A stretch of 64,000 bases of DNA from an uncultured Spartobacteria bacterium (GTDB lineage: Bacteria > Verrucomicrobiota > Verrucomicrobiia > Chthoniobacterales > UBA6821). Below, piece after piece: positions 16,455 through 26,788 of the stretch (position 1 is its first letter; every line of letters begins with the position of its first letter). The position numbers and the translations under genes were made by a program. The notes beneath the pieces were generated by a model. That model was not told the DNA's origin and ran no database searches. It worked only from the letters and a program-made list of their open reading frames with translations. The stretch spans positions 56 to 64,055 of the forward strand of contig CAIJRY010000252.1 in assembly GCA_903823215.1 (NCBI GenBank), written 5' to 3'.

Positions 16455-17540
16455 GTGAGATCGTTCAACTTCATTCCAAGATGGCTGATCCTGCTCCTCA
16501 TTGCGGGGTGGATATGCTCGCCGCTGCTCCACGCAGAGCTGACGGATGAACAGAAGAAGGAACTCTTCCGCAAGAGTCATGCTGCCGCTCCCTCGCCAAC
16601 ACCTCATCACACTCATCACAAGACGCCCCCTGCTCATGGGGCGACGCATCCTGCGGCGACAGGATCATCCGCATCCCATCCGGGAAAAAAGAAAACGCAC
16701 CATGCGGCAGCACATCCCGGGAGTACGCCGCCCCCTCATCATGAATCTTCTGCAATCCCGGAGCCATCCCCTGTGCATCCTTCTCCCGGCAGTATCACTC
16801 CTGCCGAAGCTGTGTCGCATCCTGCGGAGCTACAATCCGTGAGTCATGCTGCTGGCGTCATCGCTTCTCCTGTATCCCCGGCGTTATCCGAAGCGATTTC
16901 CCTTCCTCATGGCGCGACTCCTTCGGCACCGATCACGATTGAAAAATCGGGTGTGGATCAGGCGCAGGGACTGGAACCAGCCAGAGCATCATCAGGTCTC
17001 TTTGGCTGGCTTTTTGGAGGGGGAGGCTCCCATCGGTCGTACAATTACCTGAGTGCCTCCACCCGCGCAGCCATTGATCATGCCCCCGTACGCCGCGGAA
17101 GGTGGAAGTATATCATCGTCCACAATAGCGGCACGCGTGAGGGGAACGCCCGCATCTTCGACATCTATCATTTTAGAGTGCGCCACATGGTGAACGGACT
17201 TGCGTATCATTTTGTGATAGGTGACGGTCATGGATCGGGTGACGGACAAATCGAGATCGGGCATCGCTGGACGGCGCAGCTCAATGGAGGTCATGTGGCG
17301 AGTGATTATCTCAATGACATTTCACTAGGGATTTGCCTCGTGGGGGATTTCAACCGTGATGTTCCCACCAAGGCTCAGATCGGAGCTCTGGAGGAACTGA
17401 TCTCTTACCTGCGCGACCGGGTCGGCAAGACACAAGGACGCCGTGCCATCATCTATGCTCATAAGGAGATTAATCCGCGTCCCACCGACTGTCCCGGCGA
17501 GCGCTTCCCTTACAGCTGGCTTCATGCCAAATTCCGCTGA
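16455..17540 (+). CDS. Secreted N-acetylmuramoyl-L-alanine amidase (Amidase_2/PGRP type) with a His/Pro-rich N-terminal linker
   Basis: Signal peptide, then a low-complexity segment [18 protein letters not shown]...[15 protein letters not shown]. The C-terminal domain has IIVHNSGT...YHFVIG...GHV...CPG. Confidence 0.75.
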   Translation: MRSFNFIPRWLILLLIAGWICSPLLHAELTDEQKKELFRKSHAAAPSPTPHHTHHKTPPAHGATHPAATGSSASHPGKKKTHHAAAHPGSTPPPHHESSAIPEPSPVHPSPGSITPAEAVSHPAELQSVSHAAGVIASPVSPALSEAISLPHGATPSAPITIEKSGVDQAQGLEPARASSGLFGWLFGGGGSHRSYNYLSASTRAAIDHAPVRRGRWKYIIVHNSGTREGNARIFDIYHFRVRHMVNGLAYHFVIGDGHGSGDGQIEIGHRWTAQLNGGHVASDYLNDISLGICLVGDFNRDVPTKAQIGALEELISYLRDRVGKTQGRRAIIYAHKEINPRPTDCPGERFPYSWLHAKFR

Positions 17541-17569
17541 GTGAACATGGCAACCGGAACCTTCGCATC

Positions 17570-17902
17570 GTGAAAACCGCTCTCATCCTCTTGCTAGCCA
17601 TCGTGGCCGAAGTGATCGCAACCTCGGCATTGAAAGCAGCTGAGGGATTCACGAGGCTCATTCCATCCCTGATCGTCGTGGTTGGTTATGGCGTGGCCTT
17701 CACCTGCCTCTCTCTCACGCTCAAGACAATTCCGGTGGGTGTCGCCTATGCCCTCTGGTCGGGTGTGGGCACGGTGCTGGTGACGCTTGTCGCCTGGCTG
17801 TTCTACAAACAACAGCTTGATGCCCCGGCCATTCTGGGGATTGTGCTGATTCTGACTGGGAGCGTGATCATGAATCTCTTTTCCAAAGTTTCAGCGCATT
17901 AA
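17570..17902 (+). CDS. Small multidrug resistance (SMR) family efflux protein
   Basis: 110 aa with four TM segments. The conserved membrane Glu is in [15 protein letters not shown]. Confidence 0.85.
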   Translation: MKTALILLLAIVAEVIATSALKAAEGFTRLIPSLIVVVGYGVAFTCLSLTLKTIPVGVAYALWSGVGTVLVTLVAWLFYKQQLDAPAILGIVLILTGSVIMNLFSKVSAH

Positions 17903-17926
17903 GGAAAAGCCGATAAAGATTCTCCC

Positions 17927-18802
17927 ATGATCATTGGCATCACAGGTGGTACGGGATTTATCGGTGAGGTGGCGGCCCGGCAACTCGGTGAGCGCGGAGA
18001 CAAGGTGATCCTGTTCAGCCGCAGGGAACGAATGGGGATGAGGAGATATTCCCTTTCCAAGCCGTTGGATGTTTCAGGATGCGAGGGGATGGTGCACCTT
18101 GCCGGGGAATCCATTGTGGGACTTTGGACACAGGAGAAGCGGCGTAAGATTCTGGAGAGTCGAGTGGAAGGGACGCGCCGTCTGGTCGAGGGTATTGCCG
18201 AGGCTTCAGTGAAACCACGCGTGCTCGTCAGTGCTTCCGCAATTGGCTTCTATGGAAATACGGGTGATAGAATCACTGATGAGGAGTCTCCCGCTGGAAC
18301 AGGGTTTCTTTCGGAAGTGGCTCAGGCATGGGAGGCGGAGGCCGTCAAAGCCGAAGCCTTCGGAGTACGAGTCGTGAGGATTCGGATCGGGTTTGTCCTT
18401 GGACAAGGGGGTGCCATGAAACTGATCGGACCGGTTTTTCGTGCGGGATTGGGAGGAAGGCTTGGTTCGGGCTGCCAGTGGATGTCATGCATCGCTGTGG
18501 AGGATCTCGCCTCTATGATCGGAGAATCGCTGCACAATGAAACCATTGCCGGCCCGATGAATGCGGTCATGCCGTTGCCCGTGACCAATGCGGAATTCAC
18601 GAAAACAATCGCCCGAGCGGTCCATCGCCCGGCACTTCTGCCTGTTCCCGCCTGGAGCTTGCGACTTCTCCTTGGAGACCTCTCCTGCCTTCTGCTTGAG
18701 AGCCAACGGATCGTGCCGGGGCGTTTCACAAAGCTCGGATATTCCTATCAATCCCCCACAGTTCAAGACTCTTTGGCACGGGTTTTCAGCTCACTGGTCT
18801 GA
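17927..18802 (+). CDS. TIGR01777/YfcH-type NAD-dependent epimerase family protein (DUF1731 C-terminus)
   Basis: The Rossmann motif ITGGTGFIG is followed by the YfcH-like C-terminal block GSGCQWMSCIAVEDL. Confidence 0.8.
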   Translation: MIIGITGGTGFIGEVAARQLGERGDKVILFSRRERMGMRRYSLSKPLDVSGCEGMVHLAGESIVGLWTQEKRRKILESRVEGTRRLVEGIAEASVKPRVLVSASAIGFYGNTGDRITDEESPAGTGFLSEVAQAWEAEAVKAEAFGVRVVRIRIGFVLGQGGAMKLIGPVFRAGLGGRLGSGCQWMSCIAVEDLASMIGESLHNETIAGPMNAVMPLPVTNAEFTKTIARAVHRPALLPVPAWSLRLLLGDLSCLLLESQRIVPGRFTKLGYSYQSPTVQDSLARVFSSLV

Positions 18803-18879
18803 ATCAATGCAATGTCTTTATATCCATTATATTCCTCATCTATTCTTGCGATAATTTCGAAGTGATGTAGAGTAAAGGC

Positions 18880-19911
18880 TTGTCTACAAACACCGCCTCC
18901 TTCAAAACGAAGATCGTTCTCCAGCTCCTTGTCTGGGTGCCTCTCTTTGCCACGGTTTATGCCATCTTTACCCTCTGGGGTAGGATGATCACACTCACCG
19001 ATCTCACCCTGCTTCTGGTCGGCTATGTTCTCTGTGCCATGGGGATTACGATCGGGTATCATCGGATGCTCACTCACAAGGGATTTGAAGCACCTGATTG
19101 GATTCGGGCCATCTTCCTTATTCTGGGGTCAATGGCTCTTCAGGGTCCTGCCCTCAACTGGGCTGCAACTCACATCCAGCATCATGCCAACTCTGATGAG
19201 GATGATGATCCTCATAGCCCGCTTAAGAGCTTTTTCCATGCTCATGTCGGTTGGATTCTCGACGATTTTCGTCCTGATCTGCAGCGCTATGCCGGGCCGC
19301 TTCTCAAGGACAAGCTCGTGGTCTTTATCAGCAACACCTTCTTTCTCTGGTTTGCGCTTAGTCTCCTGATCCCCTTTTTGATCGCCGGATGGGTCGGTCA
19401 GGGCGGTCACTTCAATCTCTCGGCAGCAGGGTATGGTCTTCTCTGGGGTGGCGCAGTGCGGTTATTTCTCAACCATCATGTCACTTGGGCGGTGAATTCC
19501 GTCTGCCATACCTACGGTGGTCGCGAGTTCGTCACCACTGATGCCAGTCGGAATAACCTTCTGATCGGCCTGCTCGCCATGGGTGAAGGCTGGCATAACA
19601 ACCACCATGCCTTTCCCCGTTCGGCCAATCACGGGATGCACTGGTGGCAGATCGATCCCTCGGCTTATGTCATCGGGACTCTTGAAAAACTCGGTTTGAT
19701 CAAGAGCGTTGTACGGATCGCGCCTGAACGCCTCGCGGTTCGTCGTATCCGAGCTGATGTGGAGGAAGAGCGCGATGTGCTTCCCGGACTCCATCTCCCC
19801 ACGGTGCACCTTCCAGGGGTTGTGATGGAACATGGCACCGCCATGGCCGCCGCTGCATCCACGATGGCCGAGGTCGTTTCCAAGGCTTCTGTGCATCAGT
19901 CGCCGCTTTAA
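18880..19911 (+). CDS. Membrane acyl-CoA/acyl-lipid delta-9-type fatty acid desaturase
   Basis: Three histidine boxes are present: GYHRMLTHK, HIQHHANSDEDDDPHSP and GEGWHNNHHAFP. Confidence 0.9.
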   Translation: MSTNTASFKTKIVLQLLVWVPLFATVYAIFTLWGRMITLTDLTLLLVGYVLCAMGITIGYHRMLTHKGFEAPDWIRAIFLILGSMALQGPALNWAATHIQHHANSDEDDDPHSPLKSFFHAHVGWILDDFRPDLQRYAGPLLKDKLVVFISNTFFLWFALSLLIPFLIAGWVGQGGHFNLSAAGYGLLWGGAVRLFLNHHVTWAVNSVCHTYGGREFVTTDASRNNLLIGLLAMGEGWHNNHHAFPRSANHGMHWWQIDPSAYVIGTLEKLGLIKSVVRIAPERLAVRRIRADVEEERDVLPGLHLPTVHLPGVVMEHGTAMAAAASTMAEVVSKASVHQSPL

Positions 19912-20076
19912 GCCGTGGCGCACTCGAGTGCGTCTTAGATAAGTTTAAACAAAATGGCATTGCGATCTTGGGTTTCGGGCAAGGCGTGCAAGCGAAACGC
20001 TGTGCAGACATGCTCTGAGCTAGATGCAACTCAGCCCGGTGACAGAAGTGCAAGCTATTGGGAGATTTATGGGATC

Positions 20077-20841
20077 ATGTTCCGCAACTCCCTCATCCGT
20101 GAGATGAGTTTTAAGCTCAATTTCCTCCTCTGGATGCTGGTGGAAGTGCTCTGGTTCATGGGGCAGATTGTCTTTATCGAAGTGGTTTTCTCTTATGTAG
20201 GGAATATCGGTGACTGGACAAAGTGGGAGGTCGTGCTTCTGATAGGCACGCACCAGTTGATAGGGCAGCTTTTCCAGGCTTTCTTTTACATGAATCTGGC
20301 AAACCTGCCCGAACTGGTACGCACGGGACGGATGGATTTCATGTTACTCCTGCCCGTCGATACGCAGTTTATTGTCTCCTTGAAACAATTTGGCATGGAC
20401 AATGTCGTTAATGCCCTTGTTGGTGCCGGATTTGTCTCCTTCGCGCTCTGGAAACTCGCTATCGTGCCGACTGCATGGCAGCTTCTTCTTTATGCCTTCG
20501 CTCTCTGCTGCGGTATCCTGATTCACTATTGCATCATGCTGATTTTTTCCGCTGCGAGTTTCTGGATGGTGCGTTCCCAAGGGTTGATCCATGGGTATTA
20601 CAGTCTCTTTAATATAGGCCGTTATCCCGACACGGTTTTTCGTGGACTCTTCAAGCTGGTTTTCAGCTGGCTGATACCTGTCATTATCGTCGCCAATATT
20701 CCATCCCGGATTCTCATCCACGCAGCGGAAAACCCCGTGCCCACGCTGCTTCAGCTTGTGCTAGCGACAGTGCTTATGGTCAGCGCAACGAGGCTTCTCT
20801 GGAGATCGGCTCTACTTCATTATTCGAGTGCCAGCTCCTGA
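20077..20841 (+). CDS. ABC-2 family transporter permease (DUF990-like), orphan
   Basis: Six predicted TM segments. The N-terminus MFRNSLIREMSFKLNFLLWM is typical of the ABC2_membrane_6 family. No ATPase partner is in the window. The ORF track starts at 19954. Confidence 0.6.
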   Translation: MFRNSLIREMSFKLNFLLWMLVEVLWFMGQIVFIEVVFSYVGNIGDWTKWEVVLLIGTHQLIGQLFQAFFYMNLANLPELVRTGRMDFMLLLPVDTQFIVSLKQFGMDNVVNALVGAGFVSFALWKLAIVPTAWQLLLYAFALCCGILIHYCIMLIFSAASFWMVRSQGLIHGYYSLFNIGRYPDTVFRGLFKLVFSWLIPVIIVANIPSRILIHAAENPVPTLLQLVLATVLMVSATRLLWRSALLHYSSASS

Positions 20842-20909
20842 TGCCCTTGGGTCATCAAGGGATTTAGACTGTAGGCTGTCAGACTATTAGGTAACAATCC
20901 ACGGACACA

Positions 20910-22565
20910 ATGAACGCCCACGCTACCACGCACCGCCATGCGCTGATCCTCGGCTGGTTTGGTGTGCTACTTGCCATTGCTGTCTATTGCCTGGGCCTCG
21001 GCAGTGATCACTTGGCCACCAATGGTGACGAACTGCTTTACGCGCAAATCTCCAGGCTAACTGCCGAGACCGGCCAACTGCTGCCATTGCAATCGCTTGA
21101 TGAGAAGGCGCGCAATACCAAGCCACCTCTTCTCTTCTGGCAGGGAATCATATCCACTGACTGGGGCCGTCACTGGTCGTTGGAAAGACTCCGGGCGCCG
21201 AATGTGCTCTACACATTGTTTACGGCGGGACTGCTGCTAGCCGTGGGATGGAGGCGCACTCGAAGTCCTGTGCTCGGACTAAGTGCCGCCCTGCTCTTTC
21301 TCTGTTTCTTTAGCACCTATCGCTATGGACGCGTTTTTCTGACAAGTGCGCCGGAGACATTTTGGCTTTTTCTCCCTTTTGCCTTGCTGCTACTACACCG
21401 GGAACCCCGGCTGCCCGAAGGCATCTTCTGGCCATGGCTCTGGGGTGGGATGATCGGTGTCGGACTGCTCTATAAATCCTTTGCTCTCGCGATACCAGTG
21501 GCCGTGGCGATTGCCCTCTGGCAGCTCAGAGCGAGAAAATGGGATTGGCGGGAATTTCTCCTGCGAGATTCGTGGCGGACTGGCATGACACTGATCGGTG
21601 CACTGATGCTCTTTTCTCTTTGGTTTTGGCTCGACCCTGATCCGATGCAGGTGATCAGGGATTTTGTTCTGAAAGAGAATGCAGGAAAATTCGCCACCGG
21701 AGGCGAAAATTATTTCCTCAATCTGGTCTGGGGACAATCCAGCATCTGGCGAATCATTGTTTCTTATCCGCTCAATGCAGGGCTGCTTGCCCTTGCGGTC
21801 GTGGCACTTGGCATCGATTCCTGGAAACGGCGTCATCACCTGGGCCATCTCGAGGTGCTGCTCTGGCTCTGGATGCTGGTTCTGGCAGTCTTTTTCTGTC
21901 TGCCCAACCAGCGCGACGAACGGTACTTGCTGCCTGCAATGCCCGCACTCGCACTGCTTCTGGCACTCAGACTGGGGCATCTGCCGCGTTGGGTGATTTC
22001 CATCACCCTGGCGGTGGCGGCCATCATCATGATGGGCCTGATAGGGCTTGGCCTCCTTCTCCAACACGCCGCAGCCATAGGCATTCTTTACCCGTTCTGG
22101 GCCGTCTTGATTCCTCTCTGCGGGGTCGGCCTGGTGGGAACGGGCCTCGTGCGACCCGAGTGGACACGCCCCCTTTTGGCCCCATCGATACTCTTTGTCT
22201 ATCTCTCCTACACAGCCTTTTTAATACCGTTGGATCATGGGCCGGGCATTTTTTCCGGAGAGGAGGTTGAGTCTGTGGCTGATGGTGAAGTTTCCGTCCC
22301 TGCAAACTTCAATGCCAGGGAGGAAAGTTATGGATTTCTTCTGCCGGGTGCCGTGATGAAGCGCTATGATCATTGGCGCAAGCCGCCTCCTTCACAATAT
22401 GTCGTGATCAGCATCCCTCTTGATCAGCCTGCTCCTGCCGGGGTGATCCTTGGGAAGCGCCTGAACATGATCGACCGGTTCAGCGCCTCTGAGACGAGTG
22501 ACATCCTGATGGGGAATGTCACCCATCACCTCTTTCACTGGGACTGGCTGGTGGAACAGAAATGA
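20910..22565 (+). CDS. GT-C fold membrane glycosyltransferase (ArnT/PMT, GT39/GT83-like)
   Basis: 551 aa and polytopic. An early periplasmic loop carries DELLYAQISR and a KPPLLFW block, as in ArnT-like enzymes. Confidence 0.7.
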   Translation: MNAHATTHRHALILGWFGVLLAIAVYCLGLGSDHLATNGDELLYAQISRLTAETGQLLPLQSLDEKARNTKPPLLFWQGIISTDWGRHWSLERLRAPNVLYTLFTAGLLLAVGWRRTRSPVLGLSAALLFLCFFSTYRYGRVFLTSAPETFWLFLPFALLLLHREPRLPEGIFWPWLWGGMIGVGLLYKSFALAIPVAVAIALWQLRARKWDWREFLLRDSWRTGMTLIGALMLFSLWFWLDPDPMQVIRDFVLKENAGKFATGGENYFLNLVWGQSSIWRIIVSYPLNAGLLALAVVALGIDSWKRRHHLGHLEVLLWLWMLVLAVFFCLPNQRDERYLLPAMPALALLLALRLGHLPRWVISITLAVAAIIMMGLIGLGLLLQHAAAIGILYPFWAVLIPLCGVGLVGTGLVRPEWTRPLLAPSILFVYLSYTAFLIPLDHGPGIFSGEEVESVADGEVSVPANFNAREESYGFLLPGAVMKRYDHWRKPPPSQYVVISIPLDQPAPAGVILGKRLNMIDRFSASETSDILMGNVTHHLFHWDWLVEQK

Positions 22566-23139
22566 GCGGTATTCTGAACACGAGCAGGGCCGTGATGATC
22601 AGCGAGAGGAAAGCATAGAAAGGATCAATCAGGGCATCCCATGAGTTATGCGATTCCATGGGGGGAAAAAGCATTCCGATCAGGCAGAGCAGCAGCACGA
22701 TGCCGAAGCGGTTGCCACCAAGAAGAAACATCACGGCCGGAGCCGTCGTCGCAATCGGAATCACTGGCCCCCATCCCCATGTATAAGGATCGAGAGAGGT
22801 CAGGCCCAGCCCCATAGGATAAAGAATCAGCGCGGCAATACTCCCTGAGATCCATGCCGCACGCCAATCCTGCGGCCTGAAAAAGCGGCGGCCTCCTCCC
22901 CGTGCGATCAAGGCGATGGCAAGGAGCGCAGTCAGTGTGATGCTCGGATTCGGCTCCAGCACAGCGATCCACCGACAGATGGGAAACTTGCCGAGCGGAA
23001 TCAACAGGATCAGCAAACCAAGGGAGGCTGACAGGAGCATACGCCGGAGGGAGGGACGGGGATTTCTTCCGGTCAGCACAAGGGAGAGGATAAGCCAGGG
23101 TGCGAGCAGGGCATAGAGGGCGTGAACGAGATCCTTCAT
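22519..23139 (-). CDS. Hypothetical polytopic membrane protein
   Basis: The ORF has about 6 hydrophobic segments. Its start overlaps the stop of the upstream BNR protein (ATGA at 23136-23139). Confidence 0.5.
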   Translation of the reverse strand: MKDLVHALYALLAPWLILSLVLTGRNPRPSLRRMLLSASLGLLILLIPLGKFPICRWIAVLEPNPSITLTALLAIALIARGGGRRFFRPQDWRAAWISGSIAALILYPMGLGLTSLDPYTWGWGPVIPIATTAPAVMFLLGGNRFGIVLLLCLIGMLFPPMESHNSWDALIDPFYAFLSLIITALLVFRIPLISVPPASPSERGDG

Positions 23140-24296
23140 GGAGTGCCTCCCTTTCCTGCTGCTAACGCCTGCTCGTGAATCCACGATTCATTGAATGATG
23201 TCATTTTGATCTGCTTGCCTTTCCATGTGTAGGCCATCTGGATCAGTCCGTCGGGAGTTTTTAAAAGAAAGGGGTAGGAGAAGGAGGCGTTGGCTTCCTT
23301 CTCCAGCACGGCGATTCTTTTCCAGGAGAGCCCCGCGTCGCGACTGAGTGCCAGCGACAGATTGGAACGATCGATGGTGGAATCATTGTAGGCAACGAGC
23401 AGCGTGCCATCGGAAAGCCTGAGACCCGAGATACCCGCATCGGGATTTGGAAGATCCGTAGGCAGCGGTTTTGTCCAGGAGAGACCTCCGTCGTCCGTGC
23501 GACTCAGAAAGATGCGGCGCTTGTCCGTGTAATCGCGCATCAGGGCGACGGCACGGTTTTTATCCAACGGAATAAGCGATGGCTGGAAGCTGGTGCATCC
23601 TCCGGCAATCCGTGTTTTCTGATAAGTGATTTTTCCACGATCTTCCCCGAACCAAAGCAGTTCGGGAAATTTGCCCAGAAACTCCTGATAGACCGGCACG
23701 CACCAACCGCCGTCAGCAGTTTCCACCGGGCGATTACGCACAAGCTCGCTGAAGTTAAAAAAAGGACTGATGGCCAGCCTCTTTGCCGGAGAGTGGAAGC
23801 CGTTAGGTTTGAATAAAGTGCAGAGGTTGAGCTGGCTTCCTGACCATTTTCCCATGGCGATGGTCACAAAAAGAAGGCGAAGGGTATTGTGCGGACCGTA
23901 GAGCAGGACGGCATTGCCAAGACTCTTCACAGGACGCATGAGGTCACGCTGAGCCAGCTCACGAGTCATGACGGAATAAGACTGCGACCATGCGGCCTGT
24001 GGAGCGCCACGCATCGCGCTGTAAATCTGCACATCGGGGGCACACTCGGCGCTTCCGCCATACCAGCAGGCCGTCAGGATCCCGTCACCGCAATCCACGA
24101 GCGAGGCGACATGAACCATGGGAAGGTGTTGCGAGGGATTGATGATTTCTTCCTTGTAGAACGATTTCTCGGTTCCGGTAGAAGGCTTTGAAGGAGGCAC
24201 AAAAAATCCGCCTGCGGCAGGTTTTCCATCCCAGAGGAGCAATGCAATTATTATGCATGCCACACCAAGTAGAATCCAAGTAAGGGGGCGAAACAT
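23136..24296 (-). CDS. Membrane-anchored BNR-repeat (sialidase-like beta-propeller) protein
   Basis: N-terminal TM segment. BNR/Asp-box motifs SRTDDGGLSWTKP and SRDAGLSWKR are present. Confidence 0.7.
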   Translation of the reverse strand: MFRPLTWILLGVACIIIALLLWDGKPAAGGFFVPPSKPSTGTEKSFYKEEIINPSQHLPMVHVASLVDCGDGILTACWYGGSAECAPDVQIYSAMRGAPQAAWSQSYSVMTRELAQRDLMRPVKSLGNAVLLYGPHNTLRLLFVTIAMGKWSGSQLNLCTLFKPNGFHSPAKRLAISPFFNFSELVRNRPVETADGGWCVPVYQEFLGKFPELLWFGEDRGKITYQKTRIAGGCTSFQPSLIPLDKNRAVALMRDYTDKRRIFLSRTDDGGLSWTKPLPTDLPNPDAGISGLRLSDGTLLVAYNDSTIDRSNLSLALSRDAGLSWKRIAVLEKEANASFSYPFLLKTPDGLIQMAYTWKGKQIKMTSFNESWIHEQALAAGKGGTP

Positions 24297-24314
24297 GGGA
24301 GGGATAACGCTCGT

Positions 24315-24734
24315 TCAGGAACCCTTCTCCTCCACTTTCACAAAGAAGCCTTCACTGTGAAGGCGTGTCTTTCCGTGATAGAGATAAGCACCGCCGAGTT
24401 CCTCCGGGCTGAGCAGGGAGAGGAATTTGCGTCCTTCGCGGGACTCGGATGTAGGAGATTCGTAGAGATAGTAGTCCTGATTCAAGCGTACCTGAGTACT
24501 TATCTGAAATTCCTCCACAAACTGATTCCAGCGTTGCAGAGCCACCAACTCATTGTATTCCCTCTCCAGATCCTTGAGGCGGCTCATGATCGTATTGGAG
24601 AGACTATGATTGCGGGCTGTCTCAAACTTCAGCAGATCGGGAACCTCGATTTTCGGTCCGGCGATCTCCATTAGAAAGCTCTGCTCATTGCGACTCATGA
24701 TCTCCTTTATCGCGTCAGAAGCACTGGAAGACAA
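24315..24734 (-). CDS. Hypothetical cytoplasmic protein
   Basis: 139-aa ORF with no recognisable motif. It is co-oriented with the BNR gene. Confidence 0.4.
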   Translation of the reverse strand: MSSSASDAIKEIMSRNEQSFLMEIAGPKIEVPDLLKFETARNHSLSNTIMSRLKDLEREYNELVALQRWNQFVEEFQISTQVRLNQDYYLYESPTSESREGRKFLSLLSPEELGGAYLYHGKTRLHSEGFFVKVEEKGS

Positions 24735-24788
24735 GCGTTGCCGAAAGGGGTGTTGACGAGCCTTTTCCTAACGGCTCAAGGTATCGGC

Positions 24789-25364
24789 ATGAAATGCCTT
24801 TCACTCACTGGATTCTTCGGCTTTGCCCTGCTTTTGTTCCTTGGAGTGATGAGACTACATGCTGATCCGGTGGCTGAATTCCAGCTGGCCCTTGCCTCCA
24901 CAGCCTCCGTGCAGGGATCTGAAAGAGGCAGTAAAGCAGAGAAGGAAGCCATTGTCCGCTTCGAGAACTTCCTCGCCCGGCTTGATGAAAAAGTCGCCCG
25001 GGAGCAAACGGAGAAGGTCTATGCTCCACAGGCCTTTCTCAACGACACGCTAAAGACCATCCATGGAGCCCCCGCCATCCGCGATTACTTCATCAAGACA
25101 GCGCAGGGACTCGATGCGATGACAGTCAGGTTTGATGATGTGGCAATTTCTGGGAATAACTATTATTTCCGTTGGACCATGGAGACGCGAATGAAGCACC
25201 TCGCACGCGGCAAAACCATCCGCACAATCGGGGTGACGATGGTAAGGTTTGACCCCGAGGGGCGCGTGTTGATTCATCAGGATTTCTGGGATTCCGCGCA
25301 GGGAGTTTGGGATCATGTGCCGGTGTTGGGATCGGTGATCCGCTGGATTCAATCGACATTATGA
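24789..25364 (+). CDS. Secreted NTF2/SnoaL-like fold protein
   Basis: Signal peptide MKCLSLTGFFGFALLLFLGVMRLHA. A C-terminal SnoaL_2-like block follows (YYFRWTMETRM...VRFDPEGRVLIHQDFWD). Confidence 0.55.
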   Translation: MKCLSLTGFFGFALLLFLGVMRLHADPVAEFQLALASTASVQGSERGSKAEKEAIVRFENFLARLDEKVAREQTEKVYAPQAFLNDTLKTIHGAPAIRDYFIKTAQGLDAMTVRFDDVAISGNNYYFRWTMETRMKHLARGKTIRTIGVTMVRFDPEGRVLIHQDFWDSAQGVWDHVPVLGSVIRWIQSTL

Positions 25365-26116
25365 AAACAGTCATCCTTACCCTGCTGCTGACGGCTCCGC
25401 TGGCGCTTGCCTCTCCCACATCTACTGATCTGCTCAGGCAAGCCCGTCAGGCGGATGCCGCGCTGCGCAATCAGGAATCGCTGAATCTCCTGCTCCAGGC
25501 TGAACCGCTTGACCCCAAGAATACGGAGATTCTCTGCCTGATCGCCAAGCAGTACTCGCAACTTGCCGCCGATGCCAGGGATGCCGGCAAGTCAGCCGAA
25601 GAAAAAAGACTCGACGATTGCGCCCTTGGCTATGGCATCCGCTCTGTTAACTCTGATCCCGGCAATGCGCTGGCTCATGCGACACTTGCCGTCTGCTATG
25701 CCCGCAGCTCGTTACTGGAGGGTACAAAAAAGAAAATCGAGTATTCCAAGCTCGTGCGTTCCGAGGCCGAACGAGCCGTTGCCATCGAGTCCAGACAGGA
25801 TGTGGCCCTTCATGTGCTGGGCGCATGGAATTACAACATGGTCGAGCTGAATCCGTTTCTTAAAAAGATCGTCGAACTTATCTACGGGAAATTTCCCGAT
25901 GCCTCACTGGCTGCCTCCGCCGATTATTTCCAGCGCGCCTCGGCCGTTTCGCCGACACGCCTGATGCATCAGGCGGCTTTGGCCAGAACCTATGCCGCCA
26001 TGGGGGAGAAGGAAAAAGCACGCAAAGCCCTCGCTGCGGCGGAGGCCCTTCGGGTGAGGGAAAAAGAAGATTCCTACCTGCTCAACCAGGCACGGCAGGC
26101 AGTCACGAAGATGTAG
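25361..26116 (+). CDS. Secreted TPR-like helical repeat protein
   Basis: Signal peptide MKTVILTLLLTAPLALA. The rest is Ala/Leu-rich helical repeats. The start overlaps the upstream stop (ATGA). Confidence 0.5.
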   Translation: MKTVILTLLLTAPLALASPTSTDLLRQARQADAALRNQESLNLLLQAEPLDPKNTEILCLIAKQYSQLAADARDAGKSAEEKRLDDCALGYGIRSVNSDPGNALAHATLAVCYARSSLLEGTKKKIEYSKLVRSEAERAVAIESRQDVALHVLGAWNYNMVELNPFLKKIVELIYGKFPDASLAASADYFQRASAVSPTRLMHQAALARTYAAMGEKEKARKALAAAEALRVREKEDSYLLNQARQAVTKM

Positions 26117-26155
26117 GGAGGCAAAAAATTCCAAGGCTTGCGGTTCCTACAAGTT

Positions 26156-26181
26156 CATGACAGGGTTTTGATCCTTGTCAT

Positions 26182-26182
<1 letters not shown>
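26156..26182 (+). other. Imperfect hairpin catgacaggg-ttttgat-ccttgtcatg immediately 5' of tRNA-Thr
   Basis: Read directly. Pairing is 9 of 10 bp. It may terminate the upstream gene or act in tRNA 5' processing. Confidence 0.2.
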
Positions 26183-26257
<75 letters not shown>

Positions 26258-26452
26258 GTATTTAAGCGGGTCTAGAGGCGATAGTAGAAAAAACAGGGTT
26301 TGCTTGTCGCTGATAGGTCGCAATTAGAAAAGCTGTTCGATGGCTGCCGACTTGTTTTTTTCCTCACTCATCCCCATCAAGGGGCCGTGGGGTTTTAGGG
26401 AGCCAATAGCTAAAAAAGCCCCTTCCCTGCATCGCTTGGTTAGCTGTTGCGG

Positions 26453-26788
26453 TTATTTCGGAGCGAGGTCGCCATACCAATAAGCAGCTGTGACTCCGCC
26501 ATCCATGAGGAAATCGCTGCCGGTAATAAACGCGCCGTCTGAGCCCATTAGAAGCGCACCAACGGTTCCGACCTCGTCAGGCGTAGCGGCGCGACCAACG
26601 GGGCAAAGTTCGATCATGCGTCGATAGCTTTCGCCTCGCGGCCCGGACAACTCATCCTTGGCAAGCGGCGTGATAACAATGCCGGGGCTTATAGTGTTAA
26701 CCCGCGCTCCGCGCTTGCCCCACTTTACGGCTTCGGCTTTCACCCGCAGCGAGTTTCCACGCTTGGAAAGTTGATAAGCGCAAGTTGG
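26453..26788 (-). pseudogene. 5'-truncated short-chain dehydrogenase/reductase remnant (C-terminal about 110 aa only)
   Basis: Translation: (stop)PTCAYQLSKRGNSLRVKAEAVKWGKRGARVNTISPGIVITPL...FITGSDFLMDGGVTA. It begins at the catalytic YxxxK. The Rossmann half is missing and an in-frame stop sits at 26789-26791. Confidence 0.7.
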
